Positions 25,113 through 38,522 are shown, numbered from the stretch's first letter. The stretch is DNA of 64,000 nt from Pachysolen tannophilus NRRL Y-2460 (GCA_001661245.1 KV454015.1:794924-858923), one strand, 5' to 3'. Numbers and translations: made by a program. Notes: a model not told the origin generated them from the sequence alone.

Positions 25113-27493
25113 CTATTGTGACTTTTTCAATTGACTTTCAAAAATATTTTTGAAATCAAATTTTTCAAATAGATCATCATTGATAGTGCTTTTATTCATC
25201 AGATTCACACCTACAGCTTCTGCTGCCTTCTTTCTCTCTTCTTCCTCAACTAATGGTCTTATACATTCCCTACCACTTTCAGTTTTAAAATGCCTACCCA
25301 AGGCATCAGTTCTTGCAAAACGTTTACCACAACCCCATTCAGTAACTCCATCAGATAAATAACCTTTGCATTGAAATTTCTTTTCACCAGAATGTAAATC
25401 TTCGTGTCTTTTCTTATCATGCTGTCTTGCAAATGCTTTACAACAAATACTACATACAAATGGTCTTTCATCTGTATGAGTACGTAAATGTGATTTCAAA
25501 TTATAAGGTCTAGTGAATCTCTTATCACATAAATGACAAGCATATACAGATGGATGTTTTTGGATTCTCTTGTTTGAGCCATTGGGCAGAGCTAATTCAA
25601 GCATTTTTTGTCTATTTTGAGTAGGATCTGTTATTAAATTTTCAGATGAATTATTATTGTTACTACCCACACTTGCATGAGATTCAACACCTAATAACAC
25701 ATTACTATTGGCAGAACTTGGCGATCTACCGCTTTCTATCGACTTGGATCTAGATCTGGAACGCGATCGTCCAGATACAGATGCGTTTGAAGAACGTCTT
25801 CCTGCACGCATCATTTGGAAATCATCATCTGGTTTTAACAAATTGTTGTTTAAAGTCTTGTCCTTTTGTTGAGGTGTTGAATTTCTTGAACTACTACCAT
25901 TATTATGATTTCCATCGTTAGTTTCAAAATTAGTAGGTGCCGTATGTGGATGAATTGTAACTGTTGGTAATAAAGAGTCACCAAAATTACGTAACTCAGT
26001 AACACTTCCAGATTTTTTAATTTCAATACTAGAAGACCTTGAACGACTTCTTGGAGTATTCATTGGAGTTGAATGATTTGATTGTGAAAATAGGGAAGGT
26101 GTATTAGCGACTATTTCATCAACTGCATTTTCAATATTTATTGTCACTGGTGTTGTTGTTGTTAAAATATTGTTATTGTTTATCAAATTGTCTTCTGTTA
26201 ACATGTCTATTTGGTTATTTAAATACCTCATTGTACTTCCATTGTCATTATTAATATTGTTGTTGTTATTATTATTTATATTTTCAGTTTTAATAATAGT
26301 ATGATTTTGTTTTTGTTGTTCATGCTTTTGTTGTTTTTGACTACTAAGATGTTGTAAATGTTGTTCTGTTTGGAATGGTTGTTGTAATATATGTTGTTGT
26401 TCCAGATTAGGAAGTGATAAACCTGCAAAATCATTCAAGTTTAACCCATTTGTAACCAATACTTCATCATCATTATCCCCTATATTATTTAGATTCAAAC
26501 TTTCTATTGTATCATAAATGTTGACATGATCATCAAAGTCCACGCCGTTACCATTCAGGTACTCATTATTGTTTGAAGCAGCTCCTGGAGAGTATCCATT
26601 CACGTCAGCATATGATGATGCTGAGAAATATGGACTTGCAGGACGGGAAGAGTAATCAGACCTATTTGAAGAAATTGCACTATGGCGGGGTTTTTCAAAC
26701 AGTGGTCCACGAAACGGATTAAGTAAATCAGTTGTCACGTTTCTTTCGATTGACAGTTGTTGTTGTTGTTGTTGTTGAAGGTTAGTTTTTGGTAGTTGCA
26801 GTTGCAGTTGCAGTTGTTGCAGCAGCAGAGTAGCAGATACATAACTATGTCTTGAAGAAACACTCAAATTCGAAGTACTGATATTATTGGTATCACTCAG
26901 GTACAAGTTTGTATTACTATTATTTATAGGCACACCTGCCATATGATCATTTGGAGGAATAGAGTCAAAGCTGAATGAAGGAATATTTGGATTAGAGACT
27001 GGATTATCATGCAGCACTGTAATCTGTTGTTCATGTTCAATCATTATCTGTGGAAACTGATGCTGGTACTGCTGCTGTTGTTGTTGCTGTTGCAGCTGCT
27101 GCTCCATATACAACTGCTGTATCTGATTTTGATTGATATTACTGCTCTCACGTTGAAGATTTATATTCGAAAGATCAACTGGCGACTGAATATCACTTAC
27201 AGGTGAATCCACATTTCCAAAAAAAACAATGGTTGTTGTATATTATCAGCATACTGCCGCTGTTGTTCCTGTTGTTGATGTTGATCCTCAATAGCGCTAC
27301 CGCCAATATGATCAATATGATGATTATTTTCCTGATAATTATTATCAAACACTGTTTGATTGTTGGTTCCAACACTATTCGCGGTTGGGGATAAATTTAA
27401 AATATCCAGAAACTGATCATCTTCCATTTTTGATATATTATGTTCGGACCGCCCATGTATAGTTGGATTCTCTCCAGTTCCTGAACTATTCAT
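25113..27493 (-). CDS. CRZ1: Calcineurin-responsive C2H2 zinc-finger transcription factor Crz1; apparent frameshift at the T8 run (27219-27226)
   Basis: [43 protein letters not shown] and [17 protein letters not shown]; PxIxIT-like PVTINIE. ORF 27197-27493 supplies the ATG and joins 25113-27212 if the T run is T9. Confidence 0.9.
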
Positions 27494-28397
27494 CTTATTT
27501 ATGAAAAGTATTCAAAAAATAAAAAAGGTAAAAAAAAAAAAAAAAAAATAAAAAAAGAAACTTTGGTGGTATTTAATTTTTTTTTTACTTTTTGTATTTT
27601 TTTTTGTTTTTTTATCTAATTGAAAAAAAAATAAAAAGAAAATTTATATACAATACAAAAATAAAAAAAGAAAAAATATGAAATAATAATAATAATAATA
27701 ATAATAGAGATAGCGGTTAAGTTTATCTTTTTAAATAATATAATAAACACTAAACACTAAACTTTATAATCTTAGTATCTGTTTCTCTCTCTATATTTTG
27801 TTTCTGTTTTCTTGTTTAATATAATAAATATCCTAAATAACATTGATAATATTTCCTTTAAACTCTCCTCTTGTATTTCTTAAAAAATCACCAGTAAAAA
27901 TATATGTATGTATGTATGTATGTATGTATCTGTTCATAATTTTTTTTTGTTTTTATCGAAATGAGCGGTTTATTATTGACACGACCAATGTTTTGGTCAT
28001 CAATTTTAATATTACTTTACTACTCACTACTAATAAAGAAGAAGAAAAAAAAACTCGAGATTCTATTTACACAATGATAAAGCTTTTGAAAAAACCAATG
28101 AAAAGAGAAAAGAGAAAAGAAAAATGGTTATTACGTTTGAAATATTACACTACATTTTTTCAGTAAATAGTTATACCTCGGAGATTAAATGAGCGTTAGT
28201 TAACTGTCAAAAAAAAAAATTTTTTCAATTTTTCTATTTCTTTATTTTTTGGGCGTTGTTTATATATACAGTAGTAACAAATAAGTTAGTGGTGGTGAAT
28301 ACTAGGTACTACTAATAATAATAATATTAATACTACGCCTCTTAATCTACTATTATTTTAATATGTATTTCATCATCAATTAATTTAAAGAATCGGG

Positions 28398-29826
28398 CTA
28401 TGCGCTCTTACTGATTTTGAAGTCTGCACAAATGTGGTACACATCTGGCGCAAAAGTTTTAATTTTTTCTAAATGTGTCGCGTCCACTTGTATCCGGGAC
28501 ATGTCTTCAGTGACATTGGTGTCACCAATGTCACTGGTGTCTTGAGTGACACTGGTTTCGCTAGAGTCACCAATAACATTATTATTACACATTAATTCAA
28601 GTTCATGTTTGGTAATTTCCATAAACTTGTTCAATTCTTTTGATTCAACATTTTCATGAATATGTATAAAAGTTGAATCAATATTAGAGAAAAATTTTAT
28701 TATTTTTAAAGAAATTGGCCAACTTTTTTTAGAACTAGGTAATAATCCTAAATTAATATGTGATATTGGAAATTTTTCATTTAATTTAAAAAATCTTTCA
28801 AATGCAAATTCATTACTTTCTTTAAAAATATAAACTTTAATTTTTGGATCAATTTTTGTTAAAGAATCTTTTCTTTCAATCAATTTATAAGTATACCCAT
28901 TTTTTTTTAAACCCCTTATTAATCCTTCAATACTCCAAGGGTTTAATTCCCAACAAAAAAGTTGTCTTGCATTTTTTTTCAAATAACATAATGTAAAATA
29001 TCCAATACCTGCATATAAATCAATACAAATATTATTTTCAATTTTATTAAAATTATTTAAAATTCTTATCTTCTCTTTTATATTACCTCTAGAAAACATT
29101 GTAAACCTTGGTGCCCATGTTTGATAAATTCCATTTTGAATACAACTACACCAAAATTCATTTGTAAAATCTTCATTGGTGGGAAATTCTAATCTTTGTT
29201 CATTGATAATTGGTCCAAAATCTCCATATAATGGTAAAATATTAAATGGTCTTCTCATTATATCTTGTTCAATTATAGGATGATTTATTGCAATATGAGA
29301 AATTTTTTTTTTTAAAAGGTTCAAAATAAGTTATTAATTTTTCATAAAATTTTGAATGATTTAAAATAAAATTCTTCCATTCTTCACAATCTAAAGTATC
29401 ATGAGGGAAAAGTATCAAAGGAGGATAAATTGAATATCTTTTAGGACTAGATAAAATTAATTTATTAATCATATCATTAGATATTGTAGGATCTAATTCC
29501 TTAATAATGTCTTGAATTATTAAAGTTAATGATGACCCTGACCCATTTTTGTAACTAACACCAATATCATTATGTTCAGATTCACTAGAAACATAACTAA
29601 TAACATCAAGATTCTTTAATATTAATTCATTATTCTTGTCTTGATTCTTTGTCTTATCAAAAAGATATTTCTCAATATTATCATCACTACTTAAAAAAGT
29701 AGGTATTATTATAAAATTCTCCTGAATCTTGATTTTAACATTTTTATTCAAAAGATCAAAAGACTCTAATATATCCTTTAAAGGCTTTATAAGATGACGA
29801 TTATCTCCTGATAACACTATATTCAT
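28398..29826 (-). CDS. TRM12: tRNA wybutosine-synthesis protein Tyw2/Trm12; apparent frameshift at the A11 run (29303-29313)
   Basis: PKRYSIYPPLILF lies in the upstream ORF. QNGIYQTWAPRFTMFSRGNIKEK, DLYAGIGYF, HINLGLLPSS and KIKTFAPDVYH lie in the downstream ORF. Confidence 0.9.
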
Positions 29827-29934
29827 CACTTTACCTCTTCCCTTCACAATCTATTGAGTTTAAACACTTTTCCATTTTGCTATTTTTTCTTTTATTTTTA
29901 TTTTTATTTTTACCCTATTTTTCTAATTACTTTG

Positions 29935-29967
<33 letters not shown>

Positions 29968-30115
29968 CTTTTTTTCTTTTTGCTCTTTTTGTTAGTAGTA
30001 TCTTAAAAAAAGAAACTTCACCACATTTTGACATATATTAATTTAAATATATTCAATTACAATTGTTAAAACAATTCATCATCATATATAAAGGGCCAGA
30101 TAGCTATCCCAGATA

Positions 30116-31403
30116 ATGGAGGAACGTAACTATTATCTACCGCATCAGTTTAGTAATAATAATAATAACAATATGATCATCAATGGTGAGCATGGAGCTC
30201 CTAATAGTAAGTTTCTTTTTTTTTTTTTTGCTTTTGTTAAAGTATTCAAGTGTGTACTAACTGGTTGTAATAGCTAATAATATAAACCATTCGATGCCTC
30301 AATTACCTATGATACATCAGCTGCAAGTGCAACTGCAACTGCAGCACCAACAACTGTTACTGCAATTTCACCATCAGCAGCAACAACTGCAACTGCAACT
30401 GCAACTGCTGCTGCTGGTGCAAGTTCAAGCACAAGCTCCAGCACCAGTTCCAATACCAACACAAAATCAAACTGCTGTGAAGCGAGATAAGAGAAGACAC
30501 ACTATAGCTAACAAATTGAAAAAATTAGATGAAAAATTCTTGGAAGAAAAAGATTTATATTATAGGTCCAATCTTCATGATCTACAAATGACATTGTCAA
30601 CATTGCATTCAAATAGTAATCCACTCTATTTGACTAAAATTCAGGATTATAGGGAATTAAGAGATGCCGAATTAACAAGGTTAAGGATTGCTGAAGAATA
30701 TGATGTTTTTACAACAATGAATATTTTTAAAGAAGAGTATGCAAAGAATAAGGAAAATTATAATAATTTAATAAAACAGGTGAAACAAAAAATATATGAG
30801 GTGATCAGTAATAAGATTTCTAAATTACAAGAAGATAAAGCTTTGATGGAAGTGGCTTCATCGGTAACTTCAACCAGTGGGAATATCAATTATTCAAATA
30901 ATATGACGCTTCATGGTACAAACAATGGTGGTTCGTCACTGAATTCTGGTTATGTTTCAAGAAGTAGAAGGCGTGAAGATTCTCAACGGAAAAGAGTCGC
31001 AAATGGTGATACCGACTATGAATCTACTGGATATGATTCTGCAGGAGGTGGAACTTCTTCTAGAAATAATGGTTCACATTATCGTCATTCAAATTATAAT
31101 AGTAGCGGAAATAATAACAGTAATACTAATAATGGAAGTAATAATAAGAGACAAAAAGTTCTGACTGCTACCGAAGATGATTTGGAACAACTGACAATGG
31201 ATGAATTAGATGAATTATTGTATGGAACTGGAAGTGAAACTCCCGGACAGCATAGTACTAGAAGTACTACTACTAGTGGTGCAAGGCACAGCAGTAGTCA
31301 TAATCATCATACAAAGAAAAGCAAAACACCTGGAGATGGACTAAAGTCATTAGATGAAAATGAGATTTCTGAAGACTTGAAAATCATAAAGAAGATTGGT
31401 TGA
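30116..31403 (+). CDS. SDS3: Rpd3L HDAC subunit Sds3, 2 exons (30116-30206, 30274-31403)
   Basis: KRDKRRHTIANKL...EKDLYYRSNLHDLQ is Sds3-like. Intron 30207-30273 (GTAAGT..TACTAAC..TAG) joins the exons in frame. Confidence 0.82.
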
Positions 31404-33111
31404 TATTTGTTTCCCATTATTATTATTATTACTATTATTATGTTTCTTATCTCAGGACTTTATTTCTCACTCATTCTAATAATTTCTATTTAAAATTAAA
31501 TTTAGAATATGTAATTTTATTAAAGTCTTTTAATCGGTTATACCATATATGATACGTAGAAACTTAAAACCTAATACTTGAAGCTTTACTTCAATCCCGC
31601 AATTATAACTCGGAAACTGTTATGACGATGAAGTTTTAACTATAAACTGTTCTCGTTCTTATTCTATATAGTATTGTCGTTTCATTTCCTATCATGACAT
31701 AATCAGGTGTCACCTATGTCGTCTGTCGTGTCCTTTTTTTTTTTTTTTTTTNTTTTTCNNNNNNNNNNNNNNNNNNNNNNNNNNNNNNNNNNNNNNNNNN
31801 NNNNNNNNNNNNNNNNNNNNNNNNNNNNNNNNNNNNNNNNNNNNNNNNNNNNNNNNNNNNNNNNNNNNNNNNNNNNNNNNNNNNNNNNNNNNNNNNNNNN
31901 NNNNNNNNNNNNNNNNNNNNNNNNNNNNNNNNNNNNNNNNNNNNNNNNNNNNNNNNNNNNNNNNNNNNNNNNNNNNNNNNNNNNNNNNNNNNNNNNNNNN
32001 NNNNNNNNNNNNNNNNNNNNNNNNNNNNNNNNNNNNNNNNNNNNNNNNNNNNNNNNNNNNNNNNNNNNNNNNNNNNNNNNNNNNNNNNNNNNNNNNNNNN
32101 NNNNNNNNNNNNNNNNNNNNNNNNNNNNNNNNNNNNNNNNNNNNNNNNNNNNTTTTTCTTTTTTCTTTTCTTTTTTTTTTTTTTTCTTTAGACAAACATT
32201 CATTCATCAGCGTCATTTAATCTCTCAATGATATAGATTAGATTTGATAGCTGATGTGTTTCTTGTGCAAAAACTCTAATACAGTTTTTGTTTTGAAACA
32301 ATTGATGAATGCGAGATCAATTTCATTTGGTAGAGTGTATCTCCGTTTGATGAGTTATCACGATGAATCTTTCGGTCATGATCTCTAGTATATTCATTTT
32401 ATATTTTTTTTTCTAACAAACTATAATATCTGGAGCAATGAAGTTACGATATCTATGGAATATGTTACATTATAATATTTCTAAATTTTTACTTCTAATA
32501 AAACATTGATTTTTAGTTATCTAGATGAAAATATTTTTTTTTTTTTTTTAAATCAAGAGTTTTATTGTTTGAACTCATCACAAAATTTCTGTCTTTGGTT
32601 CCTATGATTTCAAAACACTTATTGAAACGGAACTTGTTTAAATAATCTTTCCATCTTCCGCTTTCTTGACTATAGTAGGTCTACTTTTCCGGAAAGTAAC
32701 TGTGTTTGAAATTTTCTACAAACCCTGGAATTAATGGGCACATTTCTCGGAGAAACTTCATGTCCCCATACTTATTATACCAAATAGAAAATTTTCACCA
32801 ACTGGCAAAAGAAAAGAAAAAACTACAATTACGATATTAGTTGATATAAACGCTGTTTTATTTTTAAGCTGGTCAGTCTTTTGCCTTTTTGAAATAAAAA
32901 GTTTATGTAATATATGTAATAGTTGTAATAAAAAAATTCAAAGAACAAGACAAAAATAAAAAAAAAAAAACAATATATATATATATATATTTTTAATTTT
33001 TGTTTTATTGTAATTGTAACTCTAATATACAAAGTGTCAATCACCAATTTTTTTTTTATAATTTTATATTTTATTATTTTTTTTTTTTTTTGTTGCTTGA
33101 ATATTTCTAAT

Positions 33112-34122
33112 TCATTTGGTAGCTTCGATAAACTTATTAACTTCACCTTCACTACCTAACCAAATTCCACTTCTATCATGAATTTTCTTTGGAAGTAAAT
33201 CCAAAATTCTTTCACCTTTATCAGTAACGGCCCTACCACCTGCTTGTTCTAATAACATGGCCATTGGGAAACATTCATATAAAATTCTCAATTTACCAGT
33301 TTTTGATTTAGTATCTGCTGGGTATGCAAATAAACCACCATATAATAAAGTTCTATGGACATCAGCAACCATTGATCCAACATATCTTGCAGAATAAGGC
33401 TTACCATTTTCTTGTGGTTTCTTCAATGATTCAATAAAGGCAACAGTCTTTGGATCCCAATAATGGGAATTACCCTCGTTAATAGAGTATATAGCTCTAG
33501 TCTTTGGAATCTTCAACTTTGGGTGAGTCAAGATGAATTCACCTAAATTAGTATCTAAAGTAAACCCATTTACACCATTACCAGTGGTTAACATCAAGTG
33601 TGCAGATGCACCATACATGGTGTAACCAGCAGCAACTAATTCTGTACCGGATCTCAAGACATCTTTAATATTACCTGTTGATCCGGGCAACAATTTGAAA
33701 ACACCAAAAATGGTACCTACTGAAACACCAGCATCCAAGTTTGAAGAACCATCAATTGGATCACAACAAACAGCATAATTTCCCCCCGGTGTATCAAAGA
33801 CAATCAAATCCTCTTGTTCTTCACTAACCACCAATTTGACATTACCACTTGATTTCATGGCATTGATGAAAATTTCATCTCCAATAACATCCAATTTCTT
33901 TTGATCATCACCTGTAGCATTTTGTACACCTGCCAAACCTATCAAATTAACCAATTCTGCTCTTCTAATTGTATGAGCAATATATTTGAAGGCAAATTGT
34001 AAAGAATTCAATAATAAGGTCAATTCACCAGTTGCCCTTGAACCAAGCTTCCGTTGTTCTTCCAAGATAAATCTTGTTAAAGTAACAATATCTGTATTAA
34101 TTGATTTTTGTTCATCAACCAT
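33112..34122 (-). CDS. FBP1: Fructose-1,6-bisphosphatase
   Basis: GDDQKKLDV, DPIDGSSN, RYVGSMVADVHRTLLYGG and GKLRILYE. Confidence 0.98.
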   Translation of the reverse strand: MVDEQKSINTDIVTLTRFILEEQRKLGSRATGELTLLLNSLQFAFKYIAHTIRRAELVNLIGLAGVQNATGDDQKKLDVIGDEIFINAMKSSGNVKLVVSEEQEDLIVFDTPGGNYAVCCDPIDGSSNLDAGVSVGTIFGVFKLLPGSTGNIKDVLRSGTELVAAGYTMYGASAHLMLTTGNGVNGFTLDTNLGEFILTHPKLKIPKTRAIYSINEGNSHYWDPKTVAFIESLKKPQENGKPYSARYVGSMVADVHRTLLYGGLFAYPADTKSKTGKLRILYECFPMAMLLEQAGGRAVTDKGERILDLLPKKIHDRSGIWLGSEGEVNKFIEATK

Positions 34123-34957
34123 TGTGGGCTTATTATTAATTTATAATCAAGAAAAATTAGTTAAAATAAAAAAAAAATTTTAATATTTCTAACTTAACTA
34201 TAAGAAAGAATTAAAAATATGAAAAGAAAAATTATCAAACATAATTGCAACTTGAACTAGCTTTATATATATATATACACAAGACTCCCATTTTGAAATA
34301 AATCATCATTGATGCTTAAAAAGTGGGTATTTACAGCAAGATAAATTTCTCCGAGATTCTTGCCCCTTAAAGAAATTTGACCTTTTTTTTTTTCCGATGA
34401 AAGTTTAATAATACAAAAGATTTTAACCAACAATACTACATCATTCGTTGTAAAGCTTTCTTCGAGTAATGAAAAACTTTAGAATATATAATAGTAGAAG
34501 TAGTAGCGTGTGTCTCTATTGTTGGTAGTATGTTTTTTCTTTTTTTGCTTTTTGCTTTTTTTTTTTTTAATTTTGTAAATTTGTGTTTCCCTTTAATTGA
34601 GATGTTTAAGTACTAAAATGGAATAATTGTGGAGGGAAACATCGGGGAAGAAGGCATAAATAAAAATTTCTTATGTATAAACGATTTATTTTATTTGACT
34701 TTACATTTTTCCAAATCAAAAAGGAGCTCTAGATCCCTTTCTAATTAATCATTAGTAAAACAGATACTAGCTATCTTATACATTAGTGATCTATTACCTA
34801 CCATATATGAAATTTATTTATAATTTTATCTTATAATAATAGAGATAGAGACCAAAATTATTACTAATTTACTAACTAGCATTAAAGTCAAGTCTGTTGT
34901 TCAGCATGCACTACTTTTAAATGGGCAAGTTTTTACGTTTTACATATTAGTTAATTA

Positions 34958-35094
34958 CCCCGGGGAAATTTTTTTTTTTTTTTTCTTTTTTTCTTTTTGG
35001 GGAAAGAGGATTTCTCTTGCAATGCTTGCAATGACCGACCCGGTTAAGTCTAATTTGGATTGGGATAAACTAAAGGAGAGAAAAGGAACCGGGG
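34958..35094. promoter_or_regulatory. Mig1/CreA-like GC boxes in the long FBP1 upstream region
   Basis: CCCCGGGG palindrome at 34958-34965 in AT-rich flanks and CCGGGG at 35089-35094; FBP1 is a classic glucose-repressed gene. Confidence 0.35.
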
Positions 35095-35871
35095 ATAAGT
35101 TATTTCTTAGGTTTTATCAATTTTTACTACTGATTATTCTCACTGAAACGCGGCGTCGGTAGTTTTACTGATAATATTCCTATCTATGTCTAAATTCCTA
35201 ATTATATCGAATTTCGGATATCAATTCTGAAGACGGCTAGTATTATTACTACTGGTATTAATACTATACTAGCACAACCAATATTGTAATTTTTTTTATT
35301 TATTCTCTGTATAGATTACTGTTTATGCAAGTATCTATAACTTGGGGTTTTTAGAACTGTAGATCTTTTTTTTTTTTTTACTAGAAATGAAAAAAGATTA
35401 TAAAACATAAAGCTTTTAACAAGTTGAAACAATACTCGTAAAAACAGTGAATTTAATAACTAAAACTCCAAAAGGTATCTTTAAAATTCAAATAACAAAT
35501 CAAACTAATGTTAATAATAATAATAAAAAAAAAAAAAATTGGAAAAAAGTATTCAATAGAAATAAAAAAAAAGGGCATAAAACATTTAAGAAATGATAAT
35601 ATATGTTACAATAAAAGACCAAATATATATGTGAAAAGAATAAAAAGATAAAAAGAATAGATAAAAAGAAGAAAAAAATAATAATAATAATAGTAATCGT
35701 ACTAATGAAATGATCTTTTCTTTCATTAGAATCCCGTTTCTTCTCTAGTGTTGTATAATAATAATAATGTTTTGAAAAAAAAAATTCACTTTCACTTTCA
35801 CTCTCTTTTTTTTATTTTTTTTTTTTTTTTTGGTATATGTGTTTTCTCATTCAAATAGTTGTTGTTATAAT

Positions 35872-36498
35872 TTAATTCAGAGCAACTTTTGGAGTCTTTT
35901 TCCTACCAAATAAACCTCTTTTCTTCTTCTTTTCTTCAACTTTTGGAGCAGGAGCAACATATACTGATTGTTCAGTATTTGGATTATCATTTCCAAACGA
36001 AATAACATTATTTGTATTTGTTACATTATAATTTTCATTTGTATCTGCGTATTGACTATTACCATAAGGATTTGATTGAAAATTTGGCATATTAGTTCTT
36101 AATTTCCATCCTAACTGAGGAGTTTCCAACTGTTGTTTATAAGTTAAATCACCAGTTATAGCATATTCAAAAGCTCTAATTGTATCTAAAGGTCTTTCAT
36201 CTCTAGCTCTTGTTGGATTTGAAATATCGGGTTGTACAATAGGTTGACCAAAAATATCTTTTAATTGTTTTTGACCTTCTGTTGATAATGATGATGAACG
36301 TACATGAACATTTGCTTGTTCTTCATATGGTTGTGCCTCATTAACTGCTGATAAAATTGGATCATGAACATTTTGAGACCTCATCTTAAAATTCTTTTCA
36401 TCTGCTTTTGTTATCTTAATTTCTGGTTCATGATATGATAAATCATTATCTCCAGAATTATTCGATTTCTTTGAAGACTTTCTTCCCATTAAACCCAT
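35872..36498 (-). CDS. YMR295C/Gsr1-like protein (DUF2406)
   Basis: DPILSAVNEAQPYE, DIFGQPI, DISNPTRARDERPLDTIRAFEYAI and KKKKRGLFGR match the YMR295C family as I recall it. Confidence 0.85.
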   Translation of the reverse strand: MGLMGRKSSKKSNNSGDNDLSYHEPEIKITKADEKNFKMRSQNVHDPILSAVNEAQPYEEQANVHVRSSSLSTEGQKQLKDIFGQPIVQPDISNPTRARDERPLDTIRAFEYAITGDLTYKQQLETPQLGWKLRTNMPNFQSNPYGNSQYADTNENYNVTNTNNVISFGNDNPNTEQSVYVAPAPKVEEKKKKRGLFGRKKTPKVALN

Positions 36499-38195
36499 AC
36501 TGCCAAAAAATTATAAAATTAAAAATTAATTTAAAAACCTCAAATTACTTGAAAACACAGTTCAGAAAAAAAAATTTTTTTTTTTTAGTAAAATGATAAA
36601 ATTTTATTAAATCTATAGCGTAAAATATACTTTAACGTCTTCCGATAAAGTTAAACGAGACGTATATATATTTATATATAACAATATTTTTCTTTTTTCT
36701 TTTCTTTCTTGTTTTTTCTTTATTCAAAAAAGATAAAATAAACTAAAATGAATATTAGTAGTTGTATATAAGAACTTAACTTAACTTCAGATAATTATGG
36801 GTCTTTTTATGCGAATTTTTTTAAAAATTTAATTAACAAAAAACTATAGCCTCTTCGGAATGGCAAAGTCCAACAGCAAAATTGGGAAATCCTTAGAAAA
36901 TAAAGCCCGTGGATAGTATGCAGCACAGCACAGTGGAAACGGGAATTACATGAGATCTAGATCCAGCTTTTTTTTTCCTTTTTTCTCGCCCATTTTTTTT
37001 TTTATTTTTTTTTAATTTTTTTTTTGCAGCGCAGTTACTTCAATGAGCAAAAACCTCAGGAACAACGCTTTAATACATAGAGAAAAAAAAGGGGAAATCT
37101 CATATAATAATCAATTTTACAGTCCAATCAATACATGTTTGTCTGTCCTTCTTACAAGCAGTTTTATTTAAATGGGTTTCTTTTTTTTTTTATTATTTTA
37201 TTTAATTTTATTTTTATTTGTTTTCCAAGCCAGCAAATTAACCGCAGTTAATAAATAGGAGAGGCTTGGTTTGATAAGTATTTGAATAAATGATTGAGCG
37301 TAGTACTAATACTAGGGTAGGATATTAGAATACTAGTATCATACTAATAATTATCAATTTAATTTTTGTTATTATTAAAATTGTTATTGTAAGCGTAACG
37401 TGTATGTTATTTTTTTTTTTTTTTTGTTTTCTATTGACACTCGCACTCCCGCCAAAGCGCCATTACAATTTGAATAAAGAAATAGTACCACTAAGCAATT
37501 GCAAGCATAAGGTTTTATTCATTCCACACACACAAAAAAAAATAAACAATATACATATATATACTTTTATGTATGACTGTTGTTCTTGTTCTTATTCTTA
37601 TTCTTGTTCTTGTTCTCACCTTCTTTAATTTTTAGCTGCGCCTTATTTATTTATTTGCAAAAAAATTAAATTTTTTGTTATGATGTACGTGTATGTGTGT
37701 TTACGTTAGTGGGGGAAAAAAATTAAAAATTAAAAATTAAAAAAAAAAAAACAAATAGACAACTTTCAATTACGTAATGGATGAATAGAATACGTATCCC
37801 TTTTGATCATTACGAATTAAATATTGAATTATCCCTTTAATAAAAAAAAAAAAGTAGAAAAAGCACTGAGCTACGATAATCATGCAGGTAAACTAATCCA
37901 GATCTAGATAAGAAGTTTATAGAGCCCCTAGAACCACAGTATTGTCAATTCAATTTTCGTTTGTCTCTTTTTCTCTCTGATGAGATATGAGTTTGAATTC
38001 GGACTTGAACCCCTCCCATGGTCATATATATAATACGTAGGCATCATATATATATGAAGTTTTTTTTTTCTTTTTTTTTTTTTGGCGCGTCATTTTAAAA
38101 AACTTTTGCATATCATGTATATAGTGAAGTAAGTCAAGTGAAATATGAATAATTTGAAAAGAGAAATATTTAATTTTTTATTTTTTTTTGGAATC

Positions 38196-38488
38196 ACGCG
38201 TGCGAATGAGCGAGAATTTGATAAGATCCTTTTCAAAGTATTAACACCAACGAGTAAGTAGAAATTAATAAAAATGGAAAACAGTACTACTACCATTACC
38301 ATACATAACTCTCTATATGGTTTCTCTCTCTTTTTTTTTCTTTTTTGGTCTAGAGACAAATTACGTGTAAACCCAAAATCAAAGATTTATATCTATAGAA
38401 ATAAAAAATTTTCTTTAAAGAAAAAAAGCTACTTCTAAAAAGATTCTTCTTGGAAACTTCAAATAATCAATCATTACTTTAATCACAC

Positions 38489-38522
<34 letters not shown>

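Noticed and set aside
28500..28575. Short imperfect repeats in the 3' part of TRM12 (GDSSETSVTQDTSDIGDTNVTEDMS)
   Set aside because: Small in-frame low-complexity duplication in a loop; not a CRISPR array or mobile element.
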